64,000 nt of DNA from an uncultured Alphaproteobacteria bacterium (GCA_963820275.1 CAWFZL010000019.1:522-64521); one strand, 5' to 3'; numbered from the stretch's first letter, positions 1 to 10,210 are shown. Translations and numbers: made by a program. Notes: generated from the sequence alone by a model not told the origin.

Positions 1-694
1 ACTTTCCTTTGCGCAGGGGCGCCAATTCCCGGGCCGCTCGTGAGCAGGCCCGCAAGACCCTCGGTGCCAAGATCGTTTCGGCTTGGGGAATGACGGAGAA
101 CGGTGCCGTCACGTTGATCAAACCCGATGACGATGATGTCCTTGCGTTCACGACCGACGGCTGCGCGCTGCCGGGCGCGGAGGTCAAGGTTGTTGATAGC
201 GAAGGCAGGACCTTGCCACCAGGCGAGACCGGTAAGCTTCTCGTCCGCTCCTGCTCGAACTTCGGCGGATACCGCGTCCCCAGTGGAACGGCACGGATGC
301 CGATGGATGGTTCGACACAGGCGACCTCGCACGCATGGATGCCACCGGCTACATCCGCATCAGCGGTCGCAGCAAGGATGTCATCATTAGAGGCGGCGAG
401 AATATACCGGTCGTCGAGATCGAGGCGCTGCTCTACAAGCACCCTGCAATCGCGCAGGTAGCGATTGTGGCTTACGCAGACGAACGATTGGGCGAACGCG
501 CCTGTGCGGTAATTGTACTGTAGGCCTAGTCAGACCAGGACTTGGCGGCAATGACTGAATTCCTCAAGTCGCAGAAGGTGGCGTTGCAATACATTCCGGA
601 ACGGCTGATCCTTCGCGACGCAATGCCGGCGACGCCGTCTGGGAAAATCCAGAAGTTCCGGCTGCGCGAAATGCTGCGGGAGGGTACTCTATGA
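1..694 (+). pseudogene. AMP-dependent acyl-CoA synthetase/ligase, 3' part (5' end lies outside the window), disrupted
   Basis: The frame of ORF 9..461 reads GMTENGAVTL...GETGKLLVRSCSNFGGY. The family sequence continues in the frame of ORF 335..523 (QWNGTDADGWFDTGDLARMDATGYIRISGRSKDVIIRGGENIP), which implies a 1-nt frameshift near 270. That frame then has two TAG stops (521-523 and 527-529) before the conserved C-terminal PATPSGKIQKFRLRE. It ends at TGA 692-694. Confidence 0.8.
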
Positions 695-745
695 AAGTGA
701 TAGCGAGAGTTGTGACGGAACCAGATTTCGCTTAAGGCCCGCGCC

Positions 746-1769
746 ATGAAGGCAGCCTTTTTGATTGGCCATGGTGGCAATGAAGTCGTCACTGTCGGTG
801 AACGACCCATGCCCCGCCGCAAACCAAGTGAAATCCTCGTCCGCATGAAAGCCGCGACCGTCAATCGCGTCGATCTTTATATGCGTGACAGCGGCGCCGG
901 TATTACCCACACCTTGCCGCAAATCATGGGTGTCGATGGCGCCGGCGTGATCGAGGAAGCCGATTCGAGCGCATTGATTGGCCGTCGCGTGACCCTCGAT
1001 CCCGGCATAGTCTGCGGCCGGTGCGAATTCTGCACCCACGGCGAACCGGTGCTTTGCGTCAAGATGAGCTTGCTCGGCGAGCATCGCGACGGCACGATGG
1101 CCGAATTTGTGTGTGTCCCCGCGGAGAATGGGCTTCCCGTCCCAGATAGTCTCGATTTTGCGCAAGCCGCAGCGCTCGGCGTCAACTATCTTACGGCGTG
1201 GCGCATGCTTTTCACCAAGGCTGGGCTGCGACAGGGCGAAACCGTGCTTGTCTTCGGTATCGGCGGCGGGGTGTCGCTTGCGGCACTGCAAATCGCTAAG
1301 GCCGCTGGCGCGCGCTCTCTCGTGACCTCGCGCAGCGAATGGAAGCTTGAGCGTGCCAGAGGTTTGGCGCTGACGCAACAATCGACGCGCTGCCGGAGAA
1401 GATTCGAGAGAGAGTCATGGAACTGACGCAGGGGCGCGGCGTCGATGTGATCATCGAAAATATCGGCGGCGCGATCTGGAACGCGGCCTTGAAATGCCTC
1501 GTTCGCGGGGGCCGAATCGTTACATGCGGTGCGACCATTGGCGACCAGCCTCCCGCAGATCTGCGCCGTATCTTCATCCGCCAGCTGCGAGTCTTGGCTC
1601 AACGCTCGGCAACCCCGCTGAGTTGTCAAATCTTCTCGAATGGTGCGCGCGAGGGCACCTCCAGCCACCGATCGACTCGCGCTACAAGCTCGATGAGACT
1701 CGCGTAGCGCTCTCCCATCTGGAGTTGGGTCAGCAGTTCGGGAAAATAGTCATAGATAGTCGTCCGTGA
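746..1769 (+). pseudogene. Zn-dependent alcohol dehydrogenase / quinone oxidoreductase (MDR family), frameshifted and IS-interrupted
   Basis: The N-terminal part is MDR-like (GVDGAGVIEE, CGRCEFCTHGEPVLC, VLVFGIGGGVSLAALQIAKAAGA). The expected continuation (FGADATIDALPEKIRERVMELTQGRGVDV, then GSTLGNPAELSNLLEW...GKIVID) lies in two other frames. This implies 1-nt indels near 1360 and 1597. The stop at 1767-1769 is supplied by the inserted IS. The native end (GKIVIDI-stop) resumes after the IS at 3282-3292. Confidence 0.8.
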
Positions 1770-3281
1770 ACAATTGCCAAGCCACTGAGCGAGAGTCGAT
1801 CTTCGGGACGAAATAGGTTTTGAGATTGCAAGCTTTTGAGGATTGAGGGCTCGGAAGCTTGCAATTTTGATTTTGAAGATTCCTCGAATCGCCGGTCGTG
1901 ATTTCCTCGTCGCAGCGGAGGGGAAGGATGCGACCGAAGAAGCCGGAGACGACGGGGGACGGCGATCTGTTCGGGCCAGGCTGGATCAGATCATCAATCT
2001 GAAGCACGAGCTGGTGCAGCTTGGTGAGAAGATCGACTGGGACTGGATCGATCGCGAGATCGCGCCGCTCTACAGCGAGAAGGGTCGGCCGGGGATCGAG
2101 AGCCGTTTCGTGATTGGGCTGCTGTCGCTCAAGCACATTTACGGCCTGTCTGATGAGGAGGTCTGCGAGCGCTGGGTCTACGATCCGTATTTCCAGCACT
2201 TCACCGGGTTTGAGTTTTTCCAGCACGAATTCCCGCACGAGCGTTCCGACCTCAGCCATTGGCGCAAGCGGCTCGGCAGCAAGCTGGAACTCCTGCTCGC
2301 CGAAAGCTTGAGGGTGGCGCACGAGACCGGAGCGCTGCGCACGGGTGATCTCAAGCGGGTGACGGTGGACACCACCGTGCAGCCCAAGGCCATCACCTTC
2401 CCGACCGACGCCAAGCTCGTCCATGCGGCGATCAGGGGGCTCAATCGCTTGGCTCGCGCGCGCGGCGTTAAGCTGCGGCAATCGTATCTGCGCATCGCCA
2501 AGCAGGCGGCGATGATGGCGGGACGCTATGCACACGCCAAGCAGTTCAAGCGCCATCGAGCACAATTGCGCCTGTTGCGAACGCGGCTTGGCCGCCTCAT
2601 CCGCGACATCCGCCGCAAGATCGCAGGCCGGCCAGAGATTGAGGCCGCCTTCGAACTGCCGCTTGCGCGCGCAGCCCAGATCCGCTCCCAGGAGCAACGC
2701 CAGCGCGGATACAAACTCTATTCCTTCCACGCGCCCGAAGTCGAATGCATCGGCAAGGGCAAGGCCTCAGCGCCTTATGAGTTCGGCGTCAAGGCTTCCT
2801 TTGTCACCACCAACGGCCGGCCGCCCGGCGGCCAATTCGTGCTTCACGCCAAGGCGCTGCCGGGCAACCCATACGACGGGCATACGCTCGGCGACGTCAT
2901 CAACGGTACCGAAGCGCTCACTGGCTGCGCGATCGAGCGCGCATATGTCGACAAAGGCTATCGCGGCCACAAAACGGAAAACCCGCGTCGCGTCTTCATC
3001 TCCGGTCAGAAGCGTGGCGTCTTCGGCGTAATCAAACGCGAGCTCCGCCGCCGCTCAGCCATTGAGCCCGTAATCGGTCACATGAAGACCGACGGACACC
3101 TCGGCCGCTGTCACCTCAAGGGGCGCGAAGGTGATGCCGCCAACGTCGTCCTGACCGCCGTCGGCCACAATCTCCGCCTGGTCCTCAATTGGTTGAGGCT
3201 CCTGTTGCGCCTCATCCTGCTCGCCCTATGCCGAGCATTCGCCCTCGCGCCGCCACCCAGATCGGCTTTTTAACGGACGAC
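1759..3281 (+). mobile_element. IS5-family insertion sequence (~1.5 kb)
   Basis: Terminal inverted repeats GTCGTCCGTGAA (1759-) and TTAACGGACGAC (-3281). A direct repeat TAGATA flanks both ends (1753-1758 and 3282-3287); part of it may belong to the IR. A single DDE transposase ORF lies inside. Confidence 0.85.
1843..3273 (+). CDS. IS5-family DDE transposase; the N-terminus is probably frameshifted
   Basis: The 476-aa ORF carries typical IS5-group blocks (RARLDQIINLKHELVQL, YDPYFQHFTG, HERSDLSHWRKRLG, VDTTVQPKAITFPTD, YVDKGYRGH). The ORF's own start is a TTG with no RBS. An ATG at 1928 preceded by GGAGGGGAAGG opens MRPKKPETTGDGDLF in another frame and stops after 24 codons. This suggests a 1-nt loss near 1971. 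Confidence 0.8.
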   Translation: MRARKLAILILKIPRIAGRDFLVAAEGKDATEEAGDDGGRRSVRARLDQIINLKHELVQLGEKIDWDWIDREIAPLYSEKGRPGIESRFVIGLLSLKHIYGLSDEEVCERWVYDPYFQHFTGFEFFQHEFPHERSDLSHWRKRLGSKLELLLAESLRVAHETGALRTGDLKRVTVDTTVQPKAITFPTDAKLVHAAIRGLNRLARARGVKLRQSYLRIAKQAAMMAGRYAHAKQFKRHRAQLRLLRTRLGRLIRDIRRKIAGRPEIEAAFELPLARAAQIRSQEQRQRGYKLYSFHAPEVECIGKGKASAPYEFGVKASFVTTNGRPPGGQFVLHAKALPGNPYDGHTLGDVINGTEALTGCAIERAYVDKGYRGHKTENPRRVFISGQKRGVFGVIKRELRRRSAIEPVIGHMKTDGHLGRCHLKGREGDAANVVLTAVGHNLRLVLNWLRLLLRLILLALCRAFALAPPPRSAF

Positions 3282-3693
3282 TAGATATTTAAGATCTTTG
3301 GAGCCGATGTTCTCGATCAATACCTTTTTTGGTTCCTGATTTCTTGCCTTGTTGGTTTTGCTTATGATGTCTCGGTGTTCGCGGAATGGGCGGTTATGGA
3401 ATGGCCACTGCTTGCAGACCGATGCGGCGGGACGGAATTACTTTGCCGACTAAAACTTCCGGCTCACTGACGACCCGCTTCCGTGAGTATAGCGGACTTT
3501 GGTTGGACGGGGCCGCACGTCAGTCTATGCATCGACCGAGGTGGCTCCTCACTCGACAATCTCCGTTTCTTTACACCAAGCGGATCGGGGGGAAACGCGG
3601 TGGCTACCTATTGGTATGATAGGCGTGCACATGGCAGCCGCACTAGCGGCTGCCGTGGGTTGACCTTGCTCTTGCAGCGTTGAAAAGGAAAAA

Positions 3694-3840
3694 ATGTTAT
3701 CTGAAGCGAGGATTGCGTTGGCCACTAAGGCCGCGATGGGAGTCGGTGCTGCGATCGCGGAGCAGCTTGCGTGCGGGATGACGGTTCTCGTTTTTAGGCC
3801 TGAACCTGGAAGAGGCGGAAAAGACAGCGCAGGATCATAG
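3694..3840 (+). pseudogene. possible N-terminal remnant of a short-chain dehydrogenase
   Basis: The 48-codon ORF MLSEARIALATKAAMGVGAAIAEQLACGMTVLVF resembles the SDR Rossmann N-terminus and then stops. The case is weak. Confidence 0.25.
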
Positions 3841-3870
3841 TGCACTGACACCTCACCCCCGATCGTGACT

Positions 3871-4584
3871 TCAACGCTGAATGACCCGGGCTCGCCGCTG
3901 ACGCAGTTGCTCTTCTGACGCGTCGTGCTGAGCCTGGAGTCGTTGAACGAATATATCGGCGGCGCGCGAAATGTGGCCGCGACTGAGTATTTCAGCCTCT
4001 GCGCCATCACCTGCGATGACCGCATCGAGGATTGCCACGTGCTCCTGCAGAATCGTTTGCGGCATCTGAGCATCGTCCCGCAAGACTTCGCCCATGACGC
4101 GACGAAGGTAAGGCCAATGCGGTGCAGTCGTCTCCCCGATCATAGGATTTCCTGACAGTTCGCTGAGGAAGGCATGGAATTTCATGTCGGCCTCAATCTG
4201 ATCGTGCAGGGAGCCGCTCTTCACCGCAGCTAGCCCTAGTTCGAGGAATGCCGGTCCTTCGGTTTTCGCTCGTTCCGCGCCTCGCTCGGCCGCGAGTCTG
4301 GCTGCCAGCCCGTCAAGCATCGCCCGTATCTCATAGAGGTTTCGGACAAAATCGACGTCGAGAGGGGAGACAATTAAGCCCCGGCCGGGGGCCTCCCGAA
4401 CCAGGCCGCGGTCCCGCAAAAGCAAAAGGGCCTGCTGAACCGGCTGCCGCGAGACACCATACGCTTTAGCGAGCTCATCCTGGATGAGCCGGGCGTTGGC
4501 CGGCAGTTCTCCGTCAACAATCTCAGAAACGATAGCATTTACAACCTGTTCCACCAGGGTCGGTTGCGTCTGAACCTGCGACAT
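3871..4584 (-). CDS. GntR-family transcriptional regulator (FadR/FCD-type C-terminal domain)
   Basis: 237 aa. The N-terminal wHTH reads LIQDELAKAYGVSRQPVQQALLLLRDRGLVREAPGRGLIV, followed by a helical effector domain. It diverges from the TRAP operon. Confidence 0.9.
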   Translation of the reverse strand: MSQVQTQPTLVEQVVNAIVSEIVDGELPANARLIQDELAKAYGVSRQPVQQALLLLRDRGLVREAPGRGLIVSPLDVDFVRNLYEIRAMLDGLAARLAAERGAERAKTEGPAFLELGLAAVKSGSLHDQIEADMKFHAFLSELSGNPMIGETTAPHWPYLRRVMGEVLRDDAQMPQTILQEHVAILDAVIAGDGAEAEILSRGHISRAADIFVQRLQAQHDASEEQLRQRRARVIQR

Positions 4585-4646
4585 TGGGTCTCCAAACGAT
4601 TCTTTTTTGATCTTCTACCAGCGCAGCGCAAAAAAAGCTATTGCGC

Positions 4647-4685
4647 TGTATTCGAATTCAGTATACGAATTCTGTATTCGAATTC
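4647..4685. promoter_or_regulatory. three tandem 13-bp repeats in the gntR/TRAP divergent promoter region (candidate operator)
   Basis: The units TGTATTCGAATTC / AGTATACGAATTC / TGTATTCGAATTC are contiguous. Units 1 and 3 contain the palindrome ATTCGAAT and unit 2 contains GTATAC. The array lies between start codons at 4584 (-) and 4724 (+). Confidence 0.5.
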
Positions 4686-4723
4686 AAGCCCCACGGTAAT
4701 GTGGGTCCGACAGGGAGGATGAA

Positions 4724-5752
4724 ATGCAAGCCGTTAGCCGCCGTGTGCTTTTGAAATGTGCTGTTGGGGTGGGTGCGGTCGCCACCGGATCCCTCGTCAA
4801 GAGTCCAGCAGTCCTCGCTCAGGCCGCTCCCATCAAACTGAAATTTGGCAACGACCTTCCCGTGACCCATTCGGTCAACGTGCGGCTGAAGGAAGCCATT
4901 GACGCCATCACCGAGGAGACCAACGGCAAGGTCGCGATCAGCCTGTTTCCGAACAATCAACTCGGCAGCGACACCGACATGATGACGCAGTTGCGTTCCG
5001 GTGCGCTCGAACTTGCCACGATGCCCGGCACCGTTCTGTCCACCTTGATCCCCACCGCCTCGCTCACCGGTGTCGGTTTCGCGTTTACAAGCTACGACAA
5101 GGTGTGGGCCGCGATGGATGGCGAGGTCGGCAATTTCATCCGACGCAATATCGAGAAGGCGGGCCTGGTTCCCTTCAACTCGGTTTGGGACAATGGCTTC
5201 AGGCAGATCACCAGCAGCACCCGCCCGATCAAGACGCCCGAGGATCTCGCCAACTTCAAGATTCGCGTTCCGGTCGTGCCGCTGTGGGTCGCAATGTTCT
5301 CGGCGCTGGGCGCGGCGCCAGTGAGTATCCCACTCAACGAAGCCTACTCCGCGCTACAAACGAAAATTGCGGACGGACAGGAAAATCCACTGGCCCTGAT
5401 CGAGTCTGCAAAATTCTACGAAGTTCAGAAATTCTGCTCGCTTACCAACCACGCATGGGATGGTTTTTGGCTTCTCGCCAGCGCGCGGATCTGGAAGGGC
5501 GTTCCGCAAGATGCCCAGCAGGTAATGCAGAAGCACTTCAACGCCGCTGCGATCAAGCAGCGTGCTGACATTGTGCAAGCAAACGCGGACTACCAGAAGA
5601 CCCTCGAATCGAAGGGATTAACCTTCAATACTACCCAGCCGGAGGCCTTCCAGGCGGCTTTAGCAAAGACGTCCTTTTACAAAGATGCGAAAGCCAAATT
5701 TGGCGATGAAGCCTGGACGTTGCTGCAAAAATACACCGGTAACGTCGGGTGA
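4724..5752 (+). CDS. TRAP transporter substrate-binding protein (DctP family)
   Basis: 342 aa with a signal peptide (SRRVLLKCAVGVGAVATG...AQA). DctP-like blocks include LKFGNDLPVTHS, GALELATMPG and FKIRVP. Confidence 0.9.
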   Translation: MQAVSRRVLLKCAVGVGAVATGSLVKSPAVLAQAAPIKLKFGNDLPVTHSVNVRLKEAIDAITEETNGKVAISLFPNNQLGSDTDMMTQLRSGALELATMPGTVLSTLIPTASLTGVGFAFTSYDKVWAAMDGEVGNFIRRNIEKAGLVPFNSVWDNGFRQITSSTRPIKTPEDLANFKIRVPVVPLWVAMFSALGAAPVSIPLNEAYSALQTKIADGQENPLALIESAKFYEVQKFCSLTNHAWDGFWLLASARIWKGVPQDAQQVMQKHFNAAAIKQRADIVQANADYQKTLESKGLTFNTTQPEAFQAALAKTSFYKDAKAKFGDEAWTLLQKYTGNVG

Positions 5753-7635
5753 TCGCCATGCATCTAGCGGAGGAAACCAGCGTCACGCTGCCCCGTCAGA
5801 GCGGGGTTGCGGGCGCCCTGCAGAAAGCCGAACAATGGCTCGGCTCGATTGTCGCGGCGGTTGCGGCGTTATTGGTGGTCGCGGAAATCATCGTGTTGTT
5901 CAGCGGCGTTTCAGCGCGCTATTTGTTTCAGCGACCCATCATCTGGTCGGACGAACTCGCCAGCATCCTCTTTTTATGGCTGGCCATGTTCGGCGCGGTC
6001 ATTGCATTTCAGCGCGGCGAGCACATGCGGATGACGGCTTTTGTCGGCATGGTCAACCCGAATCGGCGCGCATTCTTCGACGTGCTGGCGATCGCTGCAC
6101 CCCTGGCATTCCTCGTTCTCGTGTTGCAGCCCGCCTACGAGTTTGCATCCGATGAAGCTTTCGTGTCGACACCGGCGCTCGACATTTCGAGCCTTTGGCG
6201 CGCAGCGGCGTTGCCGGTCGGGCTCGGCCTGATGCTGCTCGTCGCCCTCCTGCGGCTGGCGTCACTCGGCGATTGGCTTAGGACAGCCACCGCGGTGGGC
6301 GTCATCGTTGTCATTGGCGCGCTGCTTTATGCACTTGGGCCCGTCCTGGTTCCTCTCGGTAACCTCAATCTTTTGATCTTTTTCGTAGCGTTGGTGGCGG
6401 TCATGGTTTTCGCCGCGGTACCGATCGCGTTTGCCTTTGGACTCGCGACCTTTGCCTACATCACGCTGACGACAAGCACGCCGTCGACCGTCGTGATTGG
6501 TCGTATGGACGAAGGCATGAGCCACCTGATTCTTCTTTCCGTGCCGCTGTTCGTGTTCCTCGGTCTCTTGATCGAGATGACTGGCATGGCGCGCGCGATG
6601 GTGGGCTTTCTTGCCAGCCTGCTCGGCCACGTTCGCGGTGGACTTCAATATGTGCTGGTCGCAGCTATGTATTTGGTTTCCGGTATCTCTGGCGCCAAGG
6701 CGGCCGACATGGCCGCCGTGGCACCTGTGTTGTTTCCGGAAATGATCAAGCGCGGAGCAAAGCGCGGCGACCTCGTTGCGCTCCTGTCGGCTACCGGTGC
6801 GCAGACGGAAACGATCCCGCCGAGCCTCGTCCTCATCACGATCGGCTCGGTCACGGGTGTATCGATCGCTGCTCTGTTTACCGGCGGATTGCTGCCGGGG
6901 CTGGTTCTCGCCGTGATGTTGTGTGCCGTGGTCTGGCGGCGTTATCGCAAGGAAGACCTCTCGCATGTGAAGCGCGCGAGCTGGGGCGAGGTCGGCTGGA
7001 CCTTCCTGGTTGCGCTGCCGGCGATCGCGCTGCCATTCGTGATCCGCGCCGCAGTCGTCGGTGGTGTTGCGACCGCAACCGAAGTCTCGACCATAGGAAT
7101 TGTCTATTCAGCGCTGGCGGGTCTCCTGATCTACCGCAAATTCGACTGGGGTCGTCTCTATCCGATGCTGACCGAAACCGCCTCCTTGTCAGGCGCGATC
7201 CTGCTCATCATCGGTGCTGCGACGGGAATGGCATGGGCGCTCACGCAATCGGGTTTCTCCACCTCGCTTGCAAAGTTCATGACCGGCCTGCCGGGCGGCG
7301 CGCCGATGTTCCTCGGCGTGACGATTATTGCGTTTGTCGTGCTCGGCAGCGTGCTCGAGGGCATTCCCGCCATCGTCCTGTTCGGCCCATTGTTGTTTCC
7401 GATCGCCAAGCAGGTCGGCGTGCATGAAGTGCACTACGCCATGGTCGTGATCCTGGCGATGGGAATTGGTCTGTTCGCGCCGCCGTTCGGCGTCGGTTAC
7501 TACGCTGCCTGCGCAATCAGCCGGATCCATCCCGATGAGGGCATCAAGCCGATGGTCGGCTACATGCTGGCGCTCTTGATCGGTACCATCTTCATCGCAG
7601 CCGTCCCCTGGATTTCGATCGGCCTTTTGCACTGA
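5749..7635 (+). CDS. TRAP transporter fused small/large permease (DctQ-DctM fusion)
   Basis: 628 aa and highly hydrophobic. A DctQ-like N-terminal part (ARYLFQRPIIWSDELASILFLWLAMFG) is followed by a DctM-like body. The start overlaps the dctP stop (GTGA). Confidence 0.9.
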   Translation: MIAMHLAEETSVTLPRQSGVAGALQKAEQWLGSIVAAVAALLVVAEIIVLFSGVSARYLFQRPIIWSDELASILFLWLAMFGAVIAFQRGEHMRMTAFVGMVNPNRRAFFDVLAIAAPLAFLVLVLQPAYEFASDEAFVSTPALDISSLWRAAALPVGLGLMLLVALLRLASLGDWLRTATAVGVIVVIGALLYALGPVLVPLGNLNLLIFFVALVAVMVFAAVPIAFAFGLATFAYITLTTSTPSTVVIGRMDEGMSHLILLSVPLFVFLGLLIEMTGMARAMVGFLASLLGHVRGGLQYVLVAAMYLVSGISGAKAADMAAVAPVLFPEMIKRGAKRGDLVALLSATGAQTETIPPSLVLITIGSVTGVSIAALFTGGLLPGLVLAVMLCAVVWRRYRKEDLSHVKRASWGEVGWTFLVALPAIALPFVIRAAVVGGVATATEVSTIGIVYSALAGLLIYRKFDWGRLYPMLTETASLSGAILLIIGAATGMAWALTQSGFSTSLAKFMTGLPGGAPMFLGVTIIAFVVLGSVLEGIPAIVLFGPLLFPIAKQVGVHEVHYAMVVILAMGIGLFAPPFGVGYYAACAISRIHPDEGIKPMVGYMLALLIGTIFIAAVPWISIGLLH

Positions 7636-7678
7636 ACAATTCCCGCTTGTGACTTCGAAAAGCCAATAGGAGCAGAAC

Positions 7679-9232
7679 GTGAAAGACCTCCTGAATTTTG
7701 GACAAATGCTCTCCGTGCATGCGCGGCTTTCGCCAAATCGCGTCGGCGCCCAGGACCTCGAACGTTTGGTGACTTTCGCGCAGTGGAACGACAGGTCGTG
7801 CCGGCTCGCCAACGCCCTGATCGGCCTTGGCTTGTCAAAAGGCGATCGCGTCGCGATCCTCGCTTATAACTGCGTCGAATGGTGTGAGATCTTTGCGGCC
7901 ACGGCAAAGGCGGGCCTCGTAGCATTGCCGATCAACTTTCGCCTGGTCGGCAAGGAAGTTCAGTATATCGTCGACAACGCCGAGACCTCGGCGTTCATCG
8001 TCCAGGACGAACTCGTCGGGATCGTCGAAGACGTCCGCAAGGATTTGTCGATAAAACCCGATCGATACATCCACTTCGGGACCCGTCCGTGCCCGGCGGG
8101 TTACCGGCCATATGAAGACTTCATTGCCGCGGGCAGTGCTCGCGAGCCCGAGCAGCAGGTGCAGCTGTCCGATCCTTGGACGCTGATGTATACCTCCGGT
8201 ACGACCGGAAATCCAAAAGGCGTCGTGAGAAGTCACCGCAGCGGCGTGCTGCTGTCGATGGTCACAGAGATCGAGCTCGGGCTGCATCGCAATGACGGCG
8301 CATTGCTAGTCATGCCTATGTGCCACGCCAATTCGCTGAACTTCTTCGGCGCGTTCGGCTATTGCGGCGGCACAAATTTTATCTATTCCCGTAAAAGCTT
8401 TGATCCGGAACATTGCGTCCGGACTCTCGCAGAGGGTGGATCGACGTTCACTTCGCTGGTGCCTACTCATTATATCATGATGCTCGGATTGCCAGCAGCC
8501 GTGCGAGGCAAATACAACTTCGACGCCGTGACCAAACTGATGATCTCGTCAGCACCTGCGCGCCCGGAGACCAAGCGTGAAGTCATGGAGATGTTTCCGA
8601 ACTCCGGCCTGTTCGAACTCTATGGCGCTACCGAAACCGGGTGGGTGACCATGCTTCATCCGCACGAACAGTTCACCAAGCTCGGTTCGGTCGGTCGGGA
8701 ATGCGTTGGGGCTGCACCTATCAAGATCCTCGATGAAGCGGGCAACGAGGTGCCGGACGGTGAATCAGGCGAGCTGTTCTCCTGCAATGCTCATACTTTC
8801 GACTGTTACTGGCGCATGCCCGAAAAAACTCGGGAAGCGTTCCGTGGCAATTATTGCTCTGTCGGCGACATGGCCCGGCGCGATTCGGACGGCTACATCC
8901 ATCTGTCCGACCGCAAGAGCAACATGATCATTTCTGGCGGTGAAAACATCTATCCCTCCGAAGTCGAAGCATTGATCGGCGCGCATCCGCAGGTGAAAGA
9001 CGTCGCGGTGATTGGCCTGCCTGACAAAAAATGGGGCGAGCGTGTTCATGCCGTTATCGTTCTGCACGAGGGTGCGACTTTGAAGGAGAGCGACCTCGTC
9101 GAATGGTCGAGGGAGCGCTTGGCCGGCTACAAGCGCCCGCGATCCTACGCTTTCATGCCTGAGAACGAAATTCCGCGTAACGCCACGGGCAAGGTCTTGC
9201 ATCGTGAACTGAAGAAAAGATTCACGAACTGA
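7679..9232 (+). CDS. AMP-dependent acyl-CoA synthetase/ligase
   Basis: 517 aa with AMP-binding motifs LMYTSGTTGNPKGV, ELYGATETG and GDMARRDSDGYIHLSDRKSNMIISGGENIYPSEVE. The start is a GTG with AGGAG 6 nt upstream. Confidence 0.9.
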   Translation: MKDLLNFGQMLSVHARLSPNRVGAQDLERLVTFAQWNDRSCRLANALIGLGLSKGDRVAILAYNCVEWCEIFAATAKAGLVALPINFRLVGKEVQYIVDNAETSAFIVQDELVGIVEDVRKDLSIKPDRYIHFGTRPCPAGYRPYEDFIAAGSAREPEQQVQLSDPWTLMYTSGTTGNPKGVVRSHRSGVLLSMVTEIELGLHRNDGALLVMPMCHANSLNFFGAFGYCGGTNFIYSRKSFDPEHCVRTLAEGGSTFTSLVPTHYIMMLGLPAAVRGKYNFDAVTKLMISSAPARPETKREVMEMFPNSGLFELYGATETGWVTMLHPHEQFTKLGSVGRECVGAAPIKILDEAGNEVPDGESGELFSCNAHTFDCYWRMPEKTREAFRGNYCSVGDMARRDSDGYIHLSDRKSNMIISGGENIYPSEVEALIGAHPQVKDVAVIGLPDKKWGERVHAVIVLHEGATLKESDLVEWSRERLAGYKRPRSYAFMPENEIPRNATGKVLHRELKKRFTN

Positions 9233-9277
9233 CTATGGCAAATTGGTTGAACCATTTCGTTTCGGGCTCCGGATCAA

Positions 9278-10210
9278 ATGCACGCCGTACTGAATTCCGC
9301 GTTACCAATTTTCGCTTTGATCCTGACTGGATTCATTTGCGGCTATTTCTCCGTGTTCGACAAAACGGCGACCGACAATCTGAATCGCTTTGCGGTCTAT
9401 CTGGCTTTGCCATCACTGATGTTCGTCGCGATGTCGAAGATTACACCGGAGCAGGTTCGTCAATTCGGCTTCGTCGCAGCGTTCTGCGGCGGCTCTCTGA
9501 TAACTTTCGCGGCCGCCTTCGCGATAAGCCGTGCCCGGATGCGGCGCGTTGCCAATGCCAGCATCGAGGGGCTCGACGCCGGCTACAGCAATGTCGGATT
9601 CATGGGAATTCCGATGTGTCTTCTTGTATTCGGGCCGGAGAGCGCGCCAGCCTCGATCATTGCGACACTTTTTACGGCATGCATTCTTTTCCTGTTCGCG
9701 GTCGTCGTCGTCGAAATAGATCTGCAAAAAGGGAGCAGTTTCTGGTCGACCGGGACCAAGGTTGCCAAGGCCTTGTTCACGAGCCCGCTCCTGATCGCGC
9801 CCGCTGCGGGCCTAAGCATCGGCCTGAGCGGCTTAAGGGTGCCGGCGCCATTCGAGAGCTTCACCACGTTGCTGGGCGGAGCGGCGTCGCCGGTCGCTCT
9901 GGTTTGTATCGGACTCTTTCTCGCGCAGGAAAGCGTTGTCAGCCACGACGCGACATCGATCGGCATCCTCGTTGCGATGAAGCTGCTCTTGCAACCGGCC
10001 GTCACCGCGTTTCTAGCTTTTTATGTCTTTACGATGCCACCGCTTTGGTCGCATTCGGCGGTGATCTTGAGCGCGCTTCCAATCGGATCGGGGCCGTTCA
10101 CGATCGCCAAGCTCTATGGGCTCGAGGCCGGCGTGACTTCGGGCTCCATTCTCGCGTCGCATGTGTTAGCAGTGCTCACCGTCTCACTGCTCGTGGCGTG
10201 GCTCGCATAA
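9278..10210 (+). CDS. AEC-family (auxin efflux carrier-like) membrane permease
   Basis: 310 aa with ~10 TM segments. The N-terminus ALPIFALILTGFICGY...NRFAVYLALPSLMF is typical of the AEC family. Confidence 0.85.
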   Translation: MHAVLNSALPIFALILTGFICGYFSVFDKTATDNLNRFAVYLALPSLMFVAMSKITPEQVRQFGFVAAFCGGSLITFAAAFAISRARMRRVANASIEGLDAGYSNVGFMGIPMCLLVFGPESAPASIIATLFTACILFLFAVVVVEIDLQKGSSFWSTGTKVAKALFTSPLLIAPAAGLSIGLSGLRVPAPFESFTTLLGGAASPVALVCIGLFLAQESVVSHDATSIGILVAMKLLLQPAVTAFLAFYVFTMPPLWSHSAVILSALPIGSGPFTIAKLYGLEAGVTSGSILASHVLAVLTVSLLVAWLA

